Shown here: one piece after another, positions 1 to 13,343 of the stretch
Layout: every line of letters starts with the position of its first letter
How positions within the stretch are numbered: position 1 is the stretch's first letter
DNA from: Mustelus asterias
Taxonomy: Eukaryota
Assembly: GCF_964213995.1 (NCBI RefSeq)
Contig: NC_135817.1
Location: 44,330,001-44,394,000 of the forward strand
Length of the DNA stretch: 64,000 nucleotides
Reading direction: 5' to 3'
The notes under the pieces: model-generated
Database searches by the model: none
What the model saw: the letters and a program-made list of their open reading frames with translations, nothing else
Told to the model about the DNA's origin: nothing
Program-made: the position numbers and the translations under genes

Positions 1-40
1 GGAGAGGAGTTTACCCAGGACACCATAGTGAAGGTGATCG
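1..40 (+). CDS. Ig-superfamily membrane protein (gene 1): 3' end of an Ig-domain exon, window-truncated
   Basis: Reads GEEFTQDTIVKVI+g then donor g|gtgagt at 41. Phase-1 intron typical of Ig exons; frame-compatible with the next exons. Confidence 0.65.
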
Positions 41-590
41 GTGAGTACACCTACCTATTCGGTGTTAAATGCAGGTGAAATTAAAACACTAATTAATCAT
101 TGCAGTCCTTGAAACGAATTTGTATTAATTTTCATAAAATAAAACTATTGGGGGAACATAATTGTAACTTGTCAAACTTCAGAGGTATCTGAAGATTGCA
201 GATATACAAATTCAATATTACGAAGGGCGGTGTTAGCTTATTCCCCTGCAATTAAATGTTTGGAGCAAAATGTTTTTGACATTTTTGAAACGCAGTTGAT
301 TGAGCCTCATAGGTTGCATATGCATCTTTGGCATCCATATCCATCTTTCACAGAACCTAGATTACTGAATAGACCAGATAAGATCATGGTCCTTACCTCC
401 AGAGCTCGTTCCTTAATTCATTGCGATCCAGTTTCAGAAATGTAAATACTTCCACTGGGGAGAAGCTGAGCTGTGATTCTCCCACTCACAACCCCTTCCA
501 CTCTGGGATATTTCCGTAAAAAGCTCATCCTCAAAACTGAATGACATTTAAAATCCTGCCACACCTCACATTTCTTACAGTCTAGACTTT

Positions 591-1056
591 GTAAGAAGTC
601 TCACAGCACCAAGTTAAAATCCAACAGGTTTATTTGGAATCACGAGCTTTTGCCGCTCCTTCATCAGGTGAATGGAGGTTAGTTCACAAACACAGCATAT
701 ATAGGCAAAGACACAATTGCAAAATAATTACATATTAGAATGTGAAGAATGGTTGGAATGTGAGTCTTTACAGGTAATCAAGTCTTTACAGGTACAGTGT
801 GCATGGAGAGAGGGATAATCACATGTTACCTGTAAAGATTTGCATTACAACTGTTCTTCACATTCTAATCAGTAATTATCTTGCAATTGTGTCTTTGCTT
901 ATATCTGCCATGTTTGTGAACTAACCTCCATTCACCTGATGAAAGGGCAGTGCTCAGAAAGCTAGTGATTCCAAATAAACCTGTTAGACTTTGACGTGGT
1001 GTTGTGAGACTTCTTACTGTGCCTACCTCCATCCAACTCCGGCACCTCCATCTCAA
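591..1056. mobile_element. Penelope-like element pseudo-LTR, inverted (fold-back) pair
   Basis: gtaagaagtctcacagcacc at 591 and its reverse complement ending ttcttac at 1017; same terminal sequence as the GIY-YIG-coding copies at 27 kb and 39 kb. Confidence 0.8.
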
Positions 1057-1306
1057 ACCTAGATTTTCATCCAGGAATTTAAATCATTCCCTCGTTGATT
1101 TATTATCGTGAATCATTTTGAAATGCATCAGTTATATTCTAGAATTCTCTGGTGATGAATACAACTTCCAGAGCTCTGTACGGTCTCCCTGAGAGCACAG
1201 TGAGAATTGAACTACTTCTGCCTTTGGAAGTCTCTGCTTTTTCTAATGAAGTAAGAGTTTTAAAAGCACCAGGTTAAAGTCCAACAGGTTTATTTGGTAG
1301 CAAATG

Positions 1307-1343
1307 CCATTAGCTTTCGGAGCGCTGCTCCTTCGTCAGATGG
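1307..1343 (-). ncRNA. Minimal type I hammerhead ribozyme motif (Penelope pLTR)
   Basis: Minus strand: ccat-CTGACGA-a-ggagc agc gctcc-GAAA-gc-TA-atgg. Confidence 0.75.
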
Positions 1344-1623
1344 AGGGGAAATCTGCTCTCAAACAGGGCATAGAGACACAAAATCAAGTTACAGAATACT
1401 GATTAGAATGCGAATCTCTACAACCAACCAGGTCTTAAAGATACAGACAATGTGAGTGGAGGGAGCATTAAGCACAGGTTAAAGAGATGTGTATTGTCTC
1501 CAGACAGGACAACCACTGAGATTCTACAAGTCCAGGAGGCAAGCTGTAGTGTGACATAAACCCAACATCCCGGTTAGGCTTGGTTTTGTGTCTCTGTGCC
1601 CTGTTTGAGAGCAGATTTCCACT

Positions 1624-1660
1624 CCATCTGATGAAGGAGCAGCGCTCCGAAAGCTAATGG
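1624..1660 (+). ncRNA. Minimal type I hammerhead ribozyme motif (Penelope pLTR)
   Basis: Stem I ccat/atgg, core CTGATGA, stem II ggagc/gctcc, GAAA, palindromic AGCT stem III, cleavage triplet CUA. Confidence 0.8.
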
Positions 1661-4600
1661 CATTTGCTACCAAATAAACCTGTTGGGCTTTTCTAATGAA
1701 TCCATATGGAATATCTGATCCCAGTGTCTGCAGGTGGCTGTTTTGGCAAAATTAAGAGAACTAGTAAAAACGAAAGTTAAAACAGACAAAAATAAACTTA
1801 TACAATTGGATGATATTATTACGGACAGCGATCTCAAAGAAATTTCAGTGCTCAGATGTCTGGGAAAGGGCATTTTTTTTTAATAGATTGAATCAAAGGT
1901 TGTGTCTTCGGGGGAAGAAACCCCTCAACAATGCAAACAGCGGATGAATCTCTGCTAAATACCAAATAGTCAACGAAAAAGCCTGCATACCTGTGCAAAC
2001 AGAAAGAAAGAGTCGTCACAGAGATACCAGTTAGCTTGCATTGAGATTAAAAGGACTTGTCATTGAGAGAAGTGGTTAGCGTGAGTCCTTTGAATGCGAA
2101 TAAGTCATTCATGTACAACCCCCACATGTCTGGCTTTTTCAGGGTCCACATCTAAAATTCTCATTATCGCCGCTGACCTAGAGTCCATTTTATTGAGTTC
2201 TTTTTTTTGTCATTGCATCTCACATTTTTTTACTCTTCCCTTTTATCTCCCCTCCCCTCTAAACGTATTTAAATTACTGCCGTTATTTTTCTGTAGGGAG
2301 TCAGAAAAGACGTGGCAGTCACTGAGTGTAGAGCTTTCGCACGGTGGTGGTGATGCAAGTAGGAAAAACCCAAGCAATATTCAAAGGTTAAAAAGAGTTT
2401 CTGAACTCCTGTCTCGATTATCCTTTTCGCGGCAAGCAACAACAGCTTTGGGGGGCGGGGGCAGCACTTTCCACAGTTTGCCCAGATCCGCCACCTCGCC
2501 CTCCCAAGTGGTCTCCACTTCGCCCTTTATCCGATTGAGGGAAAAGCAGCCGGAGGAAACTGGTGGACATTCAAGGTTCTTAATCTTTAGCGTGGGGTGG
2601 TGATATTTGGTACAAATTTGGAAAAATAATAAGAACAATAAAGTAGGGTCCACGAGGAAATAATGCGAATGGAAGTGGTCGCACAGGCTGCGGAAATAAA
2701 ACGTTTTTTTGTTTGACAGAGGGACTCAATTTTGAGCCCAATCCGTCTGGCTGGCAATCCCTAACACAAAGTCGACAAATTTTGATGAAAAACTGTAGCT
2801 GTTTGAGAATTTGAAGTCGGTTTAAATTAAAACAAAGCTCTCATCGTGTAACATTGTTGGGTTGTTTGAGAAAACCCAACTTTTACAGGAACACAATTTG
2901 GGGAAGGGCATCATCTGTCCTCACCAGGCCGTCCTTTGTGTGTCTCCAGCCCCACAGCAGTGTGATTAACTAGTAGGTAGCTAGCTTGCTGGCAGCAGAA
3001 GGTGCTCGGTTGCATCAAACTGCTACAAGCACAAATTACGATACCACCACCTTCTCCAAGCAACTAAGAATGGGTAATAAATGCCAACTCTGCCATTGAC
3101 ATCAAATAAAAATAATTGGCCTCAGCAAGCTGAAGCCAAGAATTATGCGTAGGATATGCATATCAGTGGGCCTCTTCTGGTCATTTTATGAGCAGCTGCA
3201 CCAATTCAGTTCATAGGTTCTTAATGAATCCCTTTTCTAATTTAGAAATGGAAACATGTTGATGATTCTCTCCAGTTAACAAAGTGAATATAATGGTTTC
3301 AGGCATTTTCATGTTTGCACTATCACAGCATTCTATTTTGGAAGTTTATAACAATGGTATATTACTCTCACTTTTAAATTGCTTTGCTTCATAGATTTAG
3401 TGAAGGATTAGATTTTTGGGGTCCGACAGAGAGAGGACATGTCCCCTTTTCTTCGTCCTCTGCCACTTTTCTTTCGGCTCACATCCAACCCTAACAATCA
3501 TATACTACTCTCACTTTTAAATTGCTTTGCTTCATAGATTTAATGAAGGATTAGAGTCAGTCAAATGGATCTCCCCAGTGTTCTGCCTTAATACAGCTAG
3601 CGTATTTAGTTAGAGGTTGCTCATGTTTGTGCAAGATCAGTGTGGGAGGAACCATCAGAAACACCCTGTTTAAGAGCAATATAAAAGCAGCATCATATCT
3701 GTGCAACAGTTGAAACTTTATAAGATAATCTACCAACAGCAAACATTATGGGTCTAACTCCCCAATACTCTGTTAGCATCACTGAATCATAAATCCATAT
3801 TTTCATAGGTTGGTTCTTGGACTTTGGTTTATTTTTGCATTACAGAGTATATTTTTTATTTATTCATGGGATGTGGACTTGAGTGGCTAGGCCAGCATTC
3901 ATTGCCCATCCTTAACTGCCTGACCTCATTGCAGTTGGTTACACCCCTCCAGTATAGAGATTTTTTAAACTATGGTGATTTCTGCAGTTTGTGAGAGTAC
4001 TGGCCTTGATGTTAAATTAGATGAGGATGTTGTCAGATTTGTAAAAGCCACCAAGAATTTGCTGCATACATATCGGCAAGCATTTTTTTTGTATTTCATA
4101 TTTATAGCTCTGACAGCTATAGTGACTTTCTTCAGTTCACATTTTGACAAAGACAATCATGAGGTAACCATAAGTACAAAAAACCTTTGCACTGGTAACA
4201 TTTATGCTACTAGTCCATCTCGGTGAGTATACTATCTTGTAGGTTTCATTGGCCTGTGTCGGTTGCCAAATTGGACAGAATCAGTCCATGAAAAATCAGC
4301 AGTCTTGTAAAATATCTAACAGTGAGCCAGCCAATGCGAAGCAAATAATTTCCTTAGCAATAAAAATAACATTTTGGCTGCAGGTGCCACACAAAATCTC
4401 TTAGTTTGCCACTAGCCACAGCCCCTGCAAACCTCCCATCAATTCTCAGGGCTGTGTTCACCTCCTCAGTTCTTTCCTCAGCCTCCACTTCCCATCCAGT
4501 CTTCAGTTTCTCCATGAGTCTCCATTTGCCAAAAAAACTATGGGAGATCAACTAACCATTATTAAAAACACAAATTGTCTTGTACATCTGATAGTATCCT

Positions 4601-4676
4601 GCTTCACAAAAATGTGTATTTGCAATAAGATACCAGTCCATGTTTATTAATTCCTCATGGGCATTAACTTTTCCAG

Positions 4677-4757
4677 GGGAAGTAGTGATAATGGATGATT
4701 TACAGATTGCACCTGAAGACTCTAACCTAACTCATGTGAAAGGCAACAAAACCAATG
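4677..4757 (+). CDS. Gene 1 stalk/linker exon
   Basis: Acceptor ttttccag|, 81 nt open (GEVVIMDDLQIAPEDSNLTHVKGNKTN), donor g|gtaaga. Phase 1-1; NLT and NKT sequons. Confidence 0.7.
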
Positions 4758-5252
4758 GTAAGATTGCTGTTTGATGAGCAGATTGTTCTATTTTATAAAA
4801 CGAATGCATAAGTTACAAAACTTATGGCATTCCAACTATTATTTTAAAGGTTAATGTTCAGTTCTGATATTCGATTCTTCTTTCTGCCAGCTTCTAAAAG
4901 TTACTAACAACTCTTCTAAACCTCTCTCTAATCCCCTTTATTCACTTAATTGAAATATATGGAGGAAGTTTCAGCCTTCTGAACAAACTAAAAGATGCTT
5001 ATCTCCTTTACCTTCTACGTATGATACAGAGCCCAAAGCAAGGTTTGAGCTCATATGTAGGCGGACAATTCTGCGGCAGACAGAATGAGTGCTGTTTTGC
5101 TGAAGGAGTTTAAACTGAATGTTTGTCAGGATGTAGATAAGCACAAATGCAAATACACAGGCCTCCAGTTTTCTTGGTCAAACAGTTAATTGTTGCAGCT
5201 AGTAATTAACTTGCTTTATAAGTGTTTGCCTGAGATCAAAACGAATAAGATT

Positions 5253-5552
5253 AAAGTTTATTTATTAGTGTCACAAGTAGGCTTACATTAACACTGCAAT
5301 GAAGTTACAATGGAAATCCCCTAGTCACCACACTCTGGCCCCTGTTCGGGTACACTGAGAGAGAATTTACCATGACCAATGCACCTAACCAGCACATCTT
5401 TCAGACTGTGGGAGGAAACCGGAGCACCCGGAGGAAACCCACGCAGACACGGGGAACGTGCAGACTCCACGCAGACAGTAACCCAAACTGGGAATTGAAC
5501 CCAGGTCCCTCTCTGTGAGGCAGCAGTGCTAACCACTCTGCCACCATGCTGC
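5253..5552 (-). mobile_element. HE1/V-SINE-type tRNA-derived SINE
   Basis: Reverse complement starts gcagcatggtggcagagtggttagcactgctgcctcacag (A box) and has a ggttcaattccc B box and a V-SINE core. Confidence 0.85.
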
Positions 5553-5725
5553 TCCATGCCACACCATGTCAATAAGATCACATTGGCCATTAATACCTGA
5601 TTTATAAAAGAATAAATTGCACAATTCCTGCTGCTGCAGGTACTTATTGAATTATGATCATTTTTATTTGCAGAAAATCTGTTCAATGCCATGGGCCCTC
5701 ATCAAATATCTGTTTTACTTTTTAG

Positions 5726-5845
5726 ATTACTTCATGGCAAATTGTGGTTTCATAGGTGCGTTCTCTGGAGCAGGAACACTGAGCATCATTGCTATTTTAA
5801 CATGGGCAGTTGTGAGATATTGTCGGAAAAGGTCAAGGAGGCAAG
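5726..5845 (+). CDS. Gene 1 transmembrane exon
   Basis: Acceptor ttttacttttttag|, DYFMANCGFIGAFSGAGTLSIIAILTWAVVRYCRKRSRRQ (hydrophobic helix plus basic stop-transfer), donor g|gtaagt; 120 nt, phase 1-1. Confidence 0.85.
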
Positions 5846-5908
5846 GTAAGTGGAGAGAAAGTAAAAATGTGAATTAAATTATTGCGAGAGCAAAAATATG
5901 GATTCTAT

Positions 5909-6238
5909 GCAGCATGGTGGCACAGTGGTTAGCATTGCCTCGCAGTGCCAGGCACCCAGATTCAATTCCAGTCTTGGGTCGCTGTCTGTGTGGAGTTTGC
6001 ATGTTCTCCCTTGTCTGTGTGAGTTTCCTTCAGTGCTCCAGTTTCCTCCCACAGTCCAAAGATATTCAGGTTAGGTTGATTGGTCATGTCCCTTAATGTC
6101 CCAAGATATATAGGTTGGGCGGGAGGGGGGGGTTAGCAGAGTAAATACGTGGGGTTACGAGGCTAGGGCCTGGGGTAAGAATTGGTGCAGACTTGATGGG
6201 CCAAATGGTCTTCTTCTGCACTGTGGGGATTCCATGAT
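5909..6238 (+). mobile_element. HE1-type SINE
   Basis: gcagcatggtggcacagtggttagc head, tgtgtggagtttgcatgttctc core, CR1-like tail. Confidence 0.85.
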
Positions 6239-7020
6239 AATATGAAAACATAGAATCCCTTTGTTAAAATATGTAAATAGAAAAAGTCAGCTGTATCAGT
6301 AAAGTAAAACAAAACAGTTGGATTATAAGAAGAAAACTAATTTGCTAATGCCCTTTAGTGAAAAAACCTGCTGAGCTTACCTGGTTTATATGAATTCCAG
6401 TACCTCACCAACATGTTCAGCTCTTAGCTGCCCTCTGCAATGATCCATCCAGCCACTCAATTGTATCAAAATGCAATGCAGTCCAAGAAGAAGGTCCCTC
6501 TTCAAACCTTGTTAAGACAATTAGATATGGACAATAAATATTAGTATTGGCAACAATACCTATATCAAAAAATTAACCAAAAGAATAAAAACAACATTGT
6601 AAATGCCCATAACCTAAATTAATAGATCTCTATAGGAACTGCAATTTATTCATAAAATGTGGATTACTAATTAAATAATTAATACAACATTGCAGATTCA
6701 CTGAAAGGCTGTGAATGACAGGGAAAAAAAGTCAGGGAGAGCTGTATAGAAGTCTTGTGTTAATTGCTGTGTGGAGTCTCTCCCTAGTTTGCCCTATCTT
6801 TCACAGAGGACCTGCAGGAATGCACCCCTATTTTTACAAGAAGAACAATTTGCATTTATATTGAGTTGTTAATGTGATATTGCGATAATTAGCCAAAGAT
6901 AGAGCCAGAGAATGTATATTAGATATTAAGAAAGATGAAGAAAAGCTTGATCAAAAATAGGAATTGTAAGGATGAAAGGGAGTTTGAGAGGTTTAAATCA
7001 CTAATTAAAACATTAATGCA

Positions 7021-7381
7021 CCATAGAATCCAGACAGTGCAGAAGGAAGCTATTCATCCCATCGAGTCTGCACCGACTCTCCAAGAAAGTCAGTGCAGAC
7101 TTACCCAGGCTCACTCCCCTGCCCTATCCACGTAACCCCACACATTTACCACCACTAATCCCCCTAACCTACATATCTTTGGACACTAAGGGGCAATTTA
7201 GTATGGCCAGTCCACCTAACCTGCACATCTTTGGAGTGTGGGAAGAAACCAGAGCACCCAGAGAAAACCCACACAGACACAGGGAGAACGTGTAAACTCC
7301 ACATAGTCAGCCAAGGCTGGATTGAACCGGGTCCCTGGCACTGTGAGGCAGCAGTGCTAACCACTGTGCCAATATGCCACC
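7021..7381 (-). mobile_element. HE1-type SINE
   Basis: Full head-core-tail on the minus strand. Confidence 0.85.
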
Positions 7382-8534
7382 CACCAAAGCAATACACATA
7401 ATTAAAGAAGTCATGTTTCAGGATTAAATGTATGAGAAAAGCTAAGTTATTCTCTACCCGACAGTTAATTTTTACCAATAAAGCGCAGTGGTGATTGCAC
7501 AGAGGTACAAAAAACAGTGTTGTATTTTTAAATGATTTGCATCACTGCATTTGCTAGCTTTGATTGCCCAATCCAATTTCACCCAGAATCCTGGCAGCAT
7601 TTTTTCACCACCCAGTAAGCCATTCATAATCACCTTTGATTCCAATGGCTTTGAAACTTGGAACATAAAAGTTACAGATGTTTCTGAAATATTCTATAGA
7701 AATAATATAGTTAAAAATGATCATCCTACAAAAATCTCTATTATTTTATTGTAAATAATCCTGTGTACTTATTAAAATAGTTTTGCAAACTAATTTTATT
7801 ATGAATAAACATAACCGTACGTCAAATAACATTTTGTGCAATTTTGCAGTCACACCCTCACTGTTGTATTGTTCATCAAACCGGTTGTTATACAGCTTTG
7901 GAAAATACAGGTCACATCACAGACCACAACCACAGACATCTCGTGGGCTGATGAACCACAAACATTGCTCACCAATCTTTTATATAATGCTGATAACACA
8001 GATATGTAAACTTGTGTGCATACATGGAAAGAGTATAGCAATTACTTTATGCTACTTACAATGTAATGGACTTTAAGGATGGCGTGCTTCATAACAAGTC
8101 AACCCAGTAAACAACTCATACTGAGAGTGCAAAATAACTCATTCTATCAATGTCTGCAGCTGTAAATGTCATGTGAGCACAATCCATCAGAATACAAACC
8201 ATTTTGAATTTCCAAAGAAATACCCTTTATTTTCTTGTAATAGATACAACAATAGGATAATTTGAATGCATAAGCAAAATACCGCAGATATTGGAAACCT
8301 GAAATAAAAGTGGTAAATGCTGGAAATACTCAGCAGGCTAGAGGCATCCGTGGAGAGAAGAGTTATGTTTAAGGTTGATGCCTTTTCATTATTCATGCAC
8401 CACAAAAAGATCCAGTACTAACAAAATAATGTGTAAGCGCAGCATAATTATTTAGAAAAAGAAATAATGCATTCTAAGATTTCAAGAATTGCAATATAGT
8501 ATTTCAAAATCATACAGATATATTCAGGCACATT

Positions 8535-9852
8535 GGGAGGAATATTAGCCTGTGCAGTTGATATAGTTTATATGGATTTTAGCAAAGCCTTTGATCAGGT
8601 CCGAAATGAGACACTGATTGAGAAGATTGAAGCACATGGAATTTAGGGAAACTTGGTGAGATGGATCTGAAGCTGGCTTAGTAATAGGACACAAAGGGTG
8701 ATGGTAGAAGGCTGTTTGAGTGACTGGAGGCCGGTGTCCATTGGCATACCACAAGATTCAGTGCTGGATCTCTTATTTGTTATATACATAAATTATAAAG
8801 ATGATAATGTGGGGGGAAAGATAAGTAATTTTGCAGATGACATCAAGATTGGTAGAGTGGTTAATAGTGAAAAAGATGTTCATGGGTTACAGGAAAATAT
8901 AGATGAGTTGGTCAGATGGGCAGAGCAATGGCAAGTTATATTTAACCCTGATAAGTACAAGGTGATGCACTTTGAAAGAAGTAACATGACAAGGGCATGG
9001 CAGGTCAGTAGGAAGCTCAGAAGAACAGATGCATCTTGGGGTACTTATTCACAGATCCCCGAAGGTGGCAGAGCAGGTGGATACGTTAGTTAAAAAGGCA
9101 TATGGAACATTTGCTTTTACCAGTTGTAGCATAGAGTATAAGAGCCTTTGCTCTTATACCTATTAGATAGGTTTCCTAGATAGGTTTGGATTGTTTTCTT
9201 TAGAGCAGAGAAGGCTGGACAGGGGACATGACTGAGGTGTATAAAATTATGAGGGGTATGGACAGGGTGAATAGGTTATGTTGGAGTTGTACAGAATGTT
9301 AGTTAGGCCACAGCTGCAATACTGTGTGCATTCCGGTCACCTCACTATAGGAAGGAAGTGATTGAACTAGAGGGGGTACAGAGGAGATTCACCAGGATGT
9401 TGCTTGGGATGGATCATGTGAGCTATCAGGAGAGACTAGATAGGTTTGGATTGTTTTCTTTAGAGCAGAGAAGGCTGGACAGGGGACATGATTGAGGTGT
9501 ATAAGATTATGAGGGGTATGTACAGGCTGAATAGGAAGCAGCTGTTCCCCTCAGGTGAGGTGTCAATCACAAGGGAGCATTGTTTTAGGGTAAGGGGCAA
9601 AAGATTCAGAGGGGATTTGAGAAAACAAAATCACTCAGAGGGTGGTGAGAATCTGGAATATCTGGAAAGGTAGTGAAGGCCGGAAACCTTACAACCTTTA
9701 AAAAGTATTTGGATGAGCACCTGAAATATCATAACATTCAAGGATATGGGGCAAGTGCAGGAAAATGGGATTAGCACGACTTTAGTGCTAATTGTCGTCG
9801 GTGCAGACTCGATTTGGCCGAAGGGCCTTTTCTGCATTGTATGCCTCTATGA
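8535..9852 (+). mobile_element. CR1-clade LINE 3' fragment (decayed RT)
   Basis: YMDFSKAFD, GIPQDSVL, FADDIK and VRPQLQYC motifs; internal duplication 9177-9275 / 9437-9535. Confidence 0.9.
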
Positions 9853-9949
9853 CTCAAAAAATTAAGGGTTTGGATTGGGATGGGAGGTTAACATGTTAAA
9901 AATCTGAATTTGAGTCCAACTTTCTGCCAACATACCCATTTCACTGCCA

Positions 9950-10385
9950 GTCAGTCGTGACTCAGTTTTTAGTATTCGGGACTGAGGCAAAAGGTTGTGG
10001 GTTCAACAAGCACTCCAGAGTCCTGGACACACAAATCTAGGCTGACATGCCAGTGCAAGATTACAAGAGTGCTGCGCTGCCTTTTAGCTGAGACATTAAA
10101 CCAATGCACTGTCTGATCTAACAGGTGAACATTAAATGTTCCATGTCGCTATTGTGAAGAAGGGTAGAGGAGACAATCCTGGTGACTTTTCCACGATTTA
10201 TTTCACAATCAACATCACAAAACAGATTATCTGATGATTGTCACATTCTTGTTTGTGGATGGGAGCTTACTCTGAGCAAATTGGCTGCTGAGTTTCCTGT
10301 AATACAACAGTGACTATATTGCAGAAATACTTCATTGGCTGTAAAGAATTTGGGCACATCTCGTGGTTATGAAAGACATAATATA
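9950..10385 (+). mobile_element. Old tRNA-derived SINE (SacSINE1/DeuSINE-like)
   Basis: tRNA-like head (ggttgtgggttcaa), body tgtttgtgg..gagcttactctgagcaaattggctgc; homologous minus-strand copy near 63230-63745. Confidence 0.55.
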
Positions 10386-11537
10386 ATTTTTAAAAAATTG
10401 ATTTTCAGAATATGAGTGTCACTTGCTAGGCCAACATTTATTGCCCATCCCTAATTGCCATTCAAAATGCTATCTTTCTTTCCATTTCTGGTTTTACCAG
10501 AGGCTGGATGGGGTTGTGCAAGTGGCTAACTCACTTTCAGGAGGCAAGCTGGAAATTTTAATATTCTACACATTCCTCATGTGTACCCATCATTTCAAAT
10601 TGAATCCCCAATGTCCAGGTTTTTTCCCATTCACCTCCCCACTACCACCCCCTGCCCCCCCCAAACATGCCACTCTTCACCCCTCCACATGCCCGGGATC
10701 TCCAATCCAAACTCCACCTAGCCTATGATTCCTGAGGCTTCTAGACCTGAGTCTTCTTCTCCAGCATTCTCTGCCCTACTGGAAGCAAAGCCCGACTTCT
10801 GCGAGGGGAACCTGTCAGTGTTGACACATGCTGAAATATTCCATAACATGTGGGAAACCTGGACCTGTGGGTTCCCCATGTGGGATCAGACACCCTCACT
10901 CCCAGCAGGTCAAAATATGAATATCTTCTCCATTGCCGAGGAAAATTCAAGCCATTATTTTCCTACAGAGAATGCTGATGGCTTTGAAAGGCAAATTGAC
11001 AAGTAAATGAAAGAAAATTACATTAGCTTTCGCAATGATTCATTGACTTCGGTGGCCGTGGTGCAATGTAAAAAATGTCTGTGACCCACAGGGAGGGTGA
11101 TTCCCAGGTACCTTCATGGGAACAACCTATCATATTTGATCGCCTATACCAGACCAGTGATGCAATTTATTTTTCCCTCGGCCATTCAGAAAAGTAGAAA
11201 TTCCGGAAATAAACTTATAAATTATAATTTCAAAGCATTTATCCTTGACTGTTGTATTCCCGTTGCTTTCACAGCATGAAATTTGTCCACTGTAGATTTC
11301 AGGCTACGCTGTAATCTCAATGAAACTTTAAAAGGCAGCTGGGGAGAAAGAGAGAGGAATTTAGCTTGAGAGCTCCCTGACCGAACTTGGCTGGCAACAT
11401 GTCATTAGAATTATTTAATTACAGCCAGGCTGCCATTATACAGCTTGTGCTGATCTGAAACCAATATTCATGGAGTGTATTGGACAGCTTTCAACACAAG
11501 TTACCTGGAATTTCGCTTCTGCTTATTTTTAATCGCA

Positions 11538-11995
11538 GAATCATACAATCCCTACAGCACAGAGGGAGACCATTTGGCTCATCGTGTCTGCACCGACACT
11601 TACCCAGGCCCCATTCCATATTAGCACACATTTACCTGCTAATCTCCCAATACACAGGGTGGGATTTTCTGGTCGCACTCGCCTCAAGACTGGAAAATCC
11701 GATCTGAGGTCAATGGACCTTTGCATGGTGCTATCCCACCTGCTATGATTCCCGTGGCAAGCGGGAAGGGAAAATTCTGCTCTGATTCCCTTGGCGGGAG
11801 GGGTTGGGAAAATCCCACCCTAAGTGTCAATTTAGCATGGCCAATCAACCTAACCCGCACATTTTTGGAATCTGGGGGGAAACCGGAGCACCTGGAGGAA
11901 ACCCACGGAGAAGGTGTAAACCCGAGGCTGGAATTGAACCCGGGTCCCTGAACTGTGGGGCAGTAGTGCTAATCATTATGCCACCGTGCCGCCCC
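11538..11995 (-). mobile_element. HE1-type SINE interrupted by a MITE
   Basis: SINE tail 11538-11656 and head 11821-11995. Confidence 0.75.
11657..11820. mobile_element. Short TIR element (MITE, Harbinger-like GGG termini)
   Basis: TIR gggtgggattttc...gaaaatcccaccc; related copies near 18287-18413, 33950-34065, 34425-34548, 53510-53632 and 63608-63680. Confidence 0.7.
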
Positions 11996-13254
11996 AATCT
12001 TAGGGGTGCACTGAAAAATATCATATACTTAGTTTAAATAATGTCTGCATATTTTTCAAATGTGACACTGCAATAAGTCACAGACACGCAACACTTGCTG
12101 TGAACTTTAACTGGTGTGAGAATTCCTTGCAGACAGTTTCTCACGCCTCCAAACCTCATTGGTCTCAGGAGTCAGATCAGGAACTGACTTCCAAATTATA
12201 CCACGATTTTCATTTTGATGCATATTAGAAACTTTTTCATATCAAAGTGAAAGTGGTAATATATAGAACAACAGGAATTGGCCTCAGTTTAAACACACTA
12301 CACTCTGATGGGCAGGAGAAGTAGAATGGATCTTGCAGAGAGATATCTAATGGTACGCACTGTCAAGGTGCTTTCAGTCTAGTTTATGATCATTTGTTTT
12401 TCTTGCACTTAAAAATACATGCTTTTATTTGGTGGCAGCACTCCAGTCAAAATAGGGAATAAAAGGGAGACCGTTTTCATTCTCCAGAGGCATTCTTACT
12501 GACCAATATGGTCAAATAAAGTGATTCTAGTTCTCTACAGCAAGAAGATAGACTGAACATATCTACAGGGCATTTATCATTTGAATCCAGGTCATGAATT
12601 TGGGTCTACTTAACTTGAGCAGTAGCAGTTGCTTTCTTACGTGATTTGCTTGTGTGCTTCTTATAGAAGTTAGTTTGCCACTGCCTTAAGTCTACCAGCA
12701 CGGCAAAAGGTTGCCCATAGTATTACTCACTTATCCCCTCAGGAGACCAGGATAAAATGTGTGTCTGTTTGCCAGGCCTCCCATTGCACATCTTCTGGAG
12801 TTTGCCTGTGATTTTCTACGTGGTGAGTTCATAATAATAACAGCTATGCCATCAATGGCTTCATTAGGAAATGCCATTTTAAATCGGTTTTTAATCGGTC
12901 ATCCTTTTTGTTTCAGTAACTGGGAGTGTCTACGAAGGATGCTTTATAAGAACTACCTATTAAATCAAAAGCAGTGTTTCCAGAGGCCTCTAGTTTACCC
13001 TTTATCCGAGAGTGTGGATGGTTTTGAAGAATATAAGACAATAATAATAGGGTAAAATAGATTTGATTTAAATCTTACTGCGTTGTGCTGAAGCAATGTG
13101 GTCATACATCAATATTCTGAAGCTTGTTGCCGAGTGGAAAACTCACATCACACCTTACAATCCAAGTTCATTGTGCAGTTGTATGTAAACATAATTTTCC
13201 TCCCATTTCTTGAAGAAAAGTTCACCATAATTATATATATATTGATCTCAACAG

Positions 13255-13343
13255 GTAAAAGAACCAAGGGTGAACGATCCCATAAAAATGGAAACCATGA
13301 GAATGAGGACGTCTATGAAAAAATGGGGAGGGTACCGCAATAA
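13255..13343 (+). CDS. Gene 1 cytoplasmic exon with tyrosine motif YEKM
   Basis: Acceptor tctcaacag|; phase-1 join gives GKRTKGERSHKNGNHENEDVYEKMGRVPQ*. May instead splice out at agg|gtaccg (13331). Confidence 0.65.

Larger units (their letters stand above)
1251..1688. mobile_element. Penelope-like fold-back insertion with TSD
   Basis: Inverted pLTR arms; direct repeat ttttctaatgaa at 1239-1250 and 1689-1700. Confidence 0.85.

Noticed and set aside
2094-2653. 169-aa and 90-aa overlapping ORFs
   Set aside because: Low-complexity translations with no motif or splice support; better read as a regulatory patch.
12743-13051. Two exon-like segments with splice signals (12743-12822, 12917-13051)
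   Set aside because: Joined in gene 1 phase they hit an immediate stop and show no recognisable protein features.
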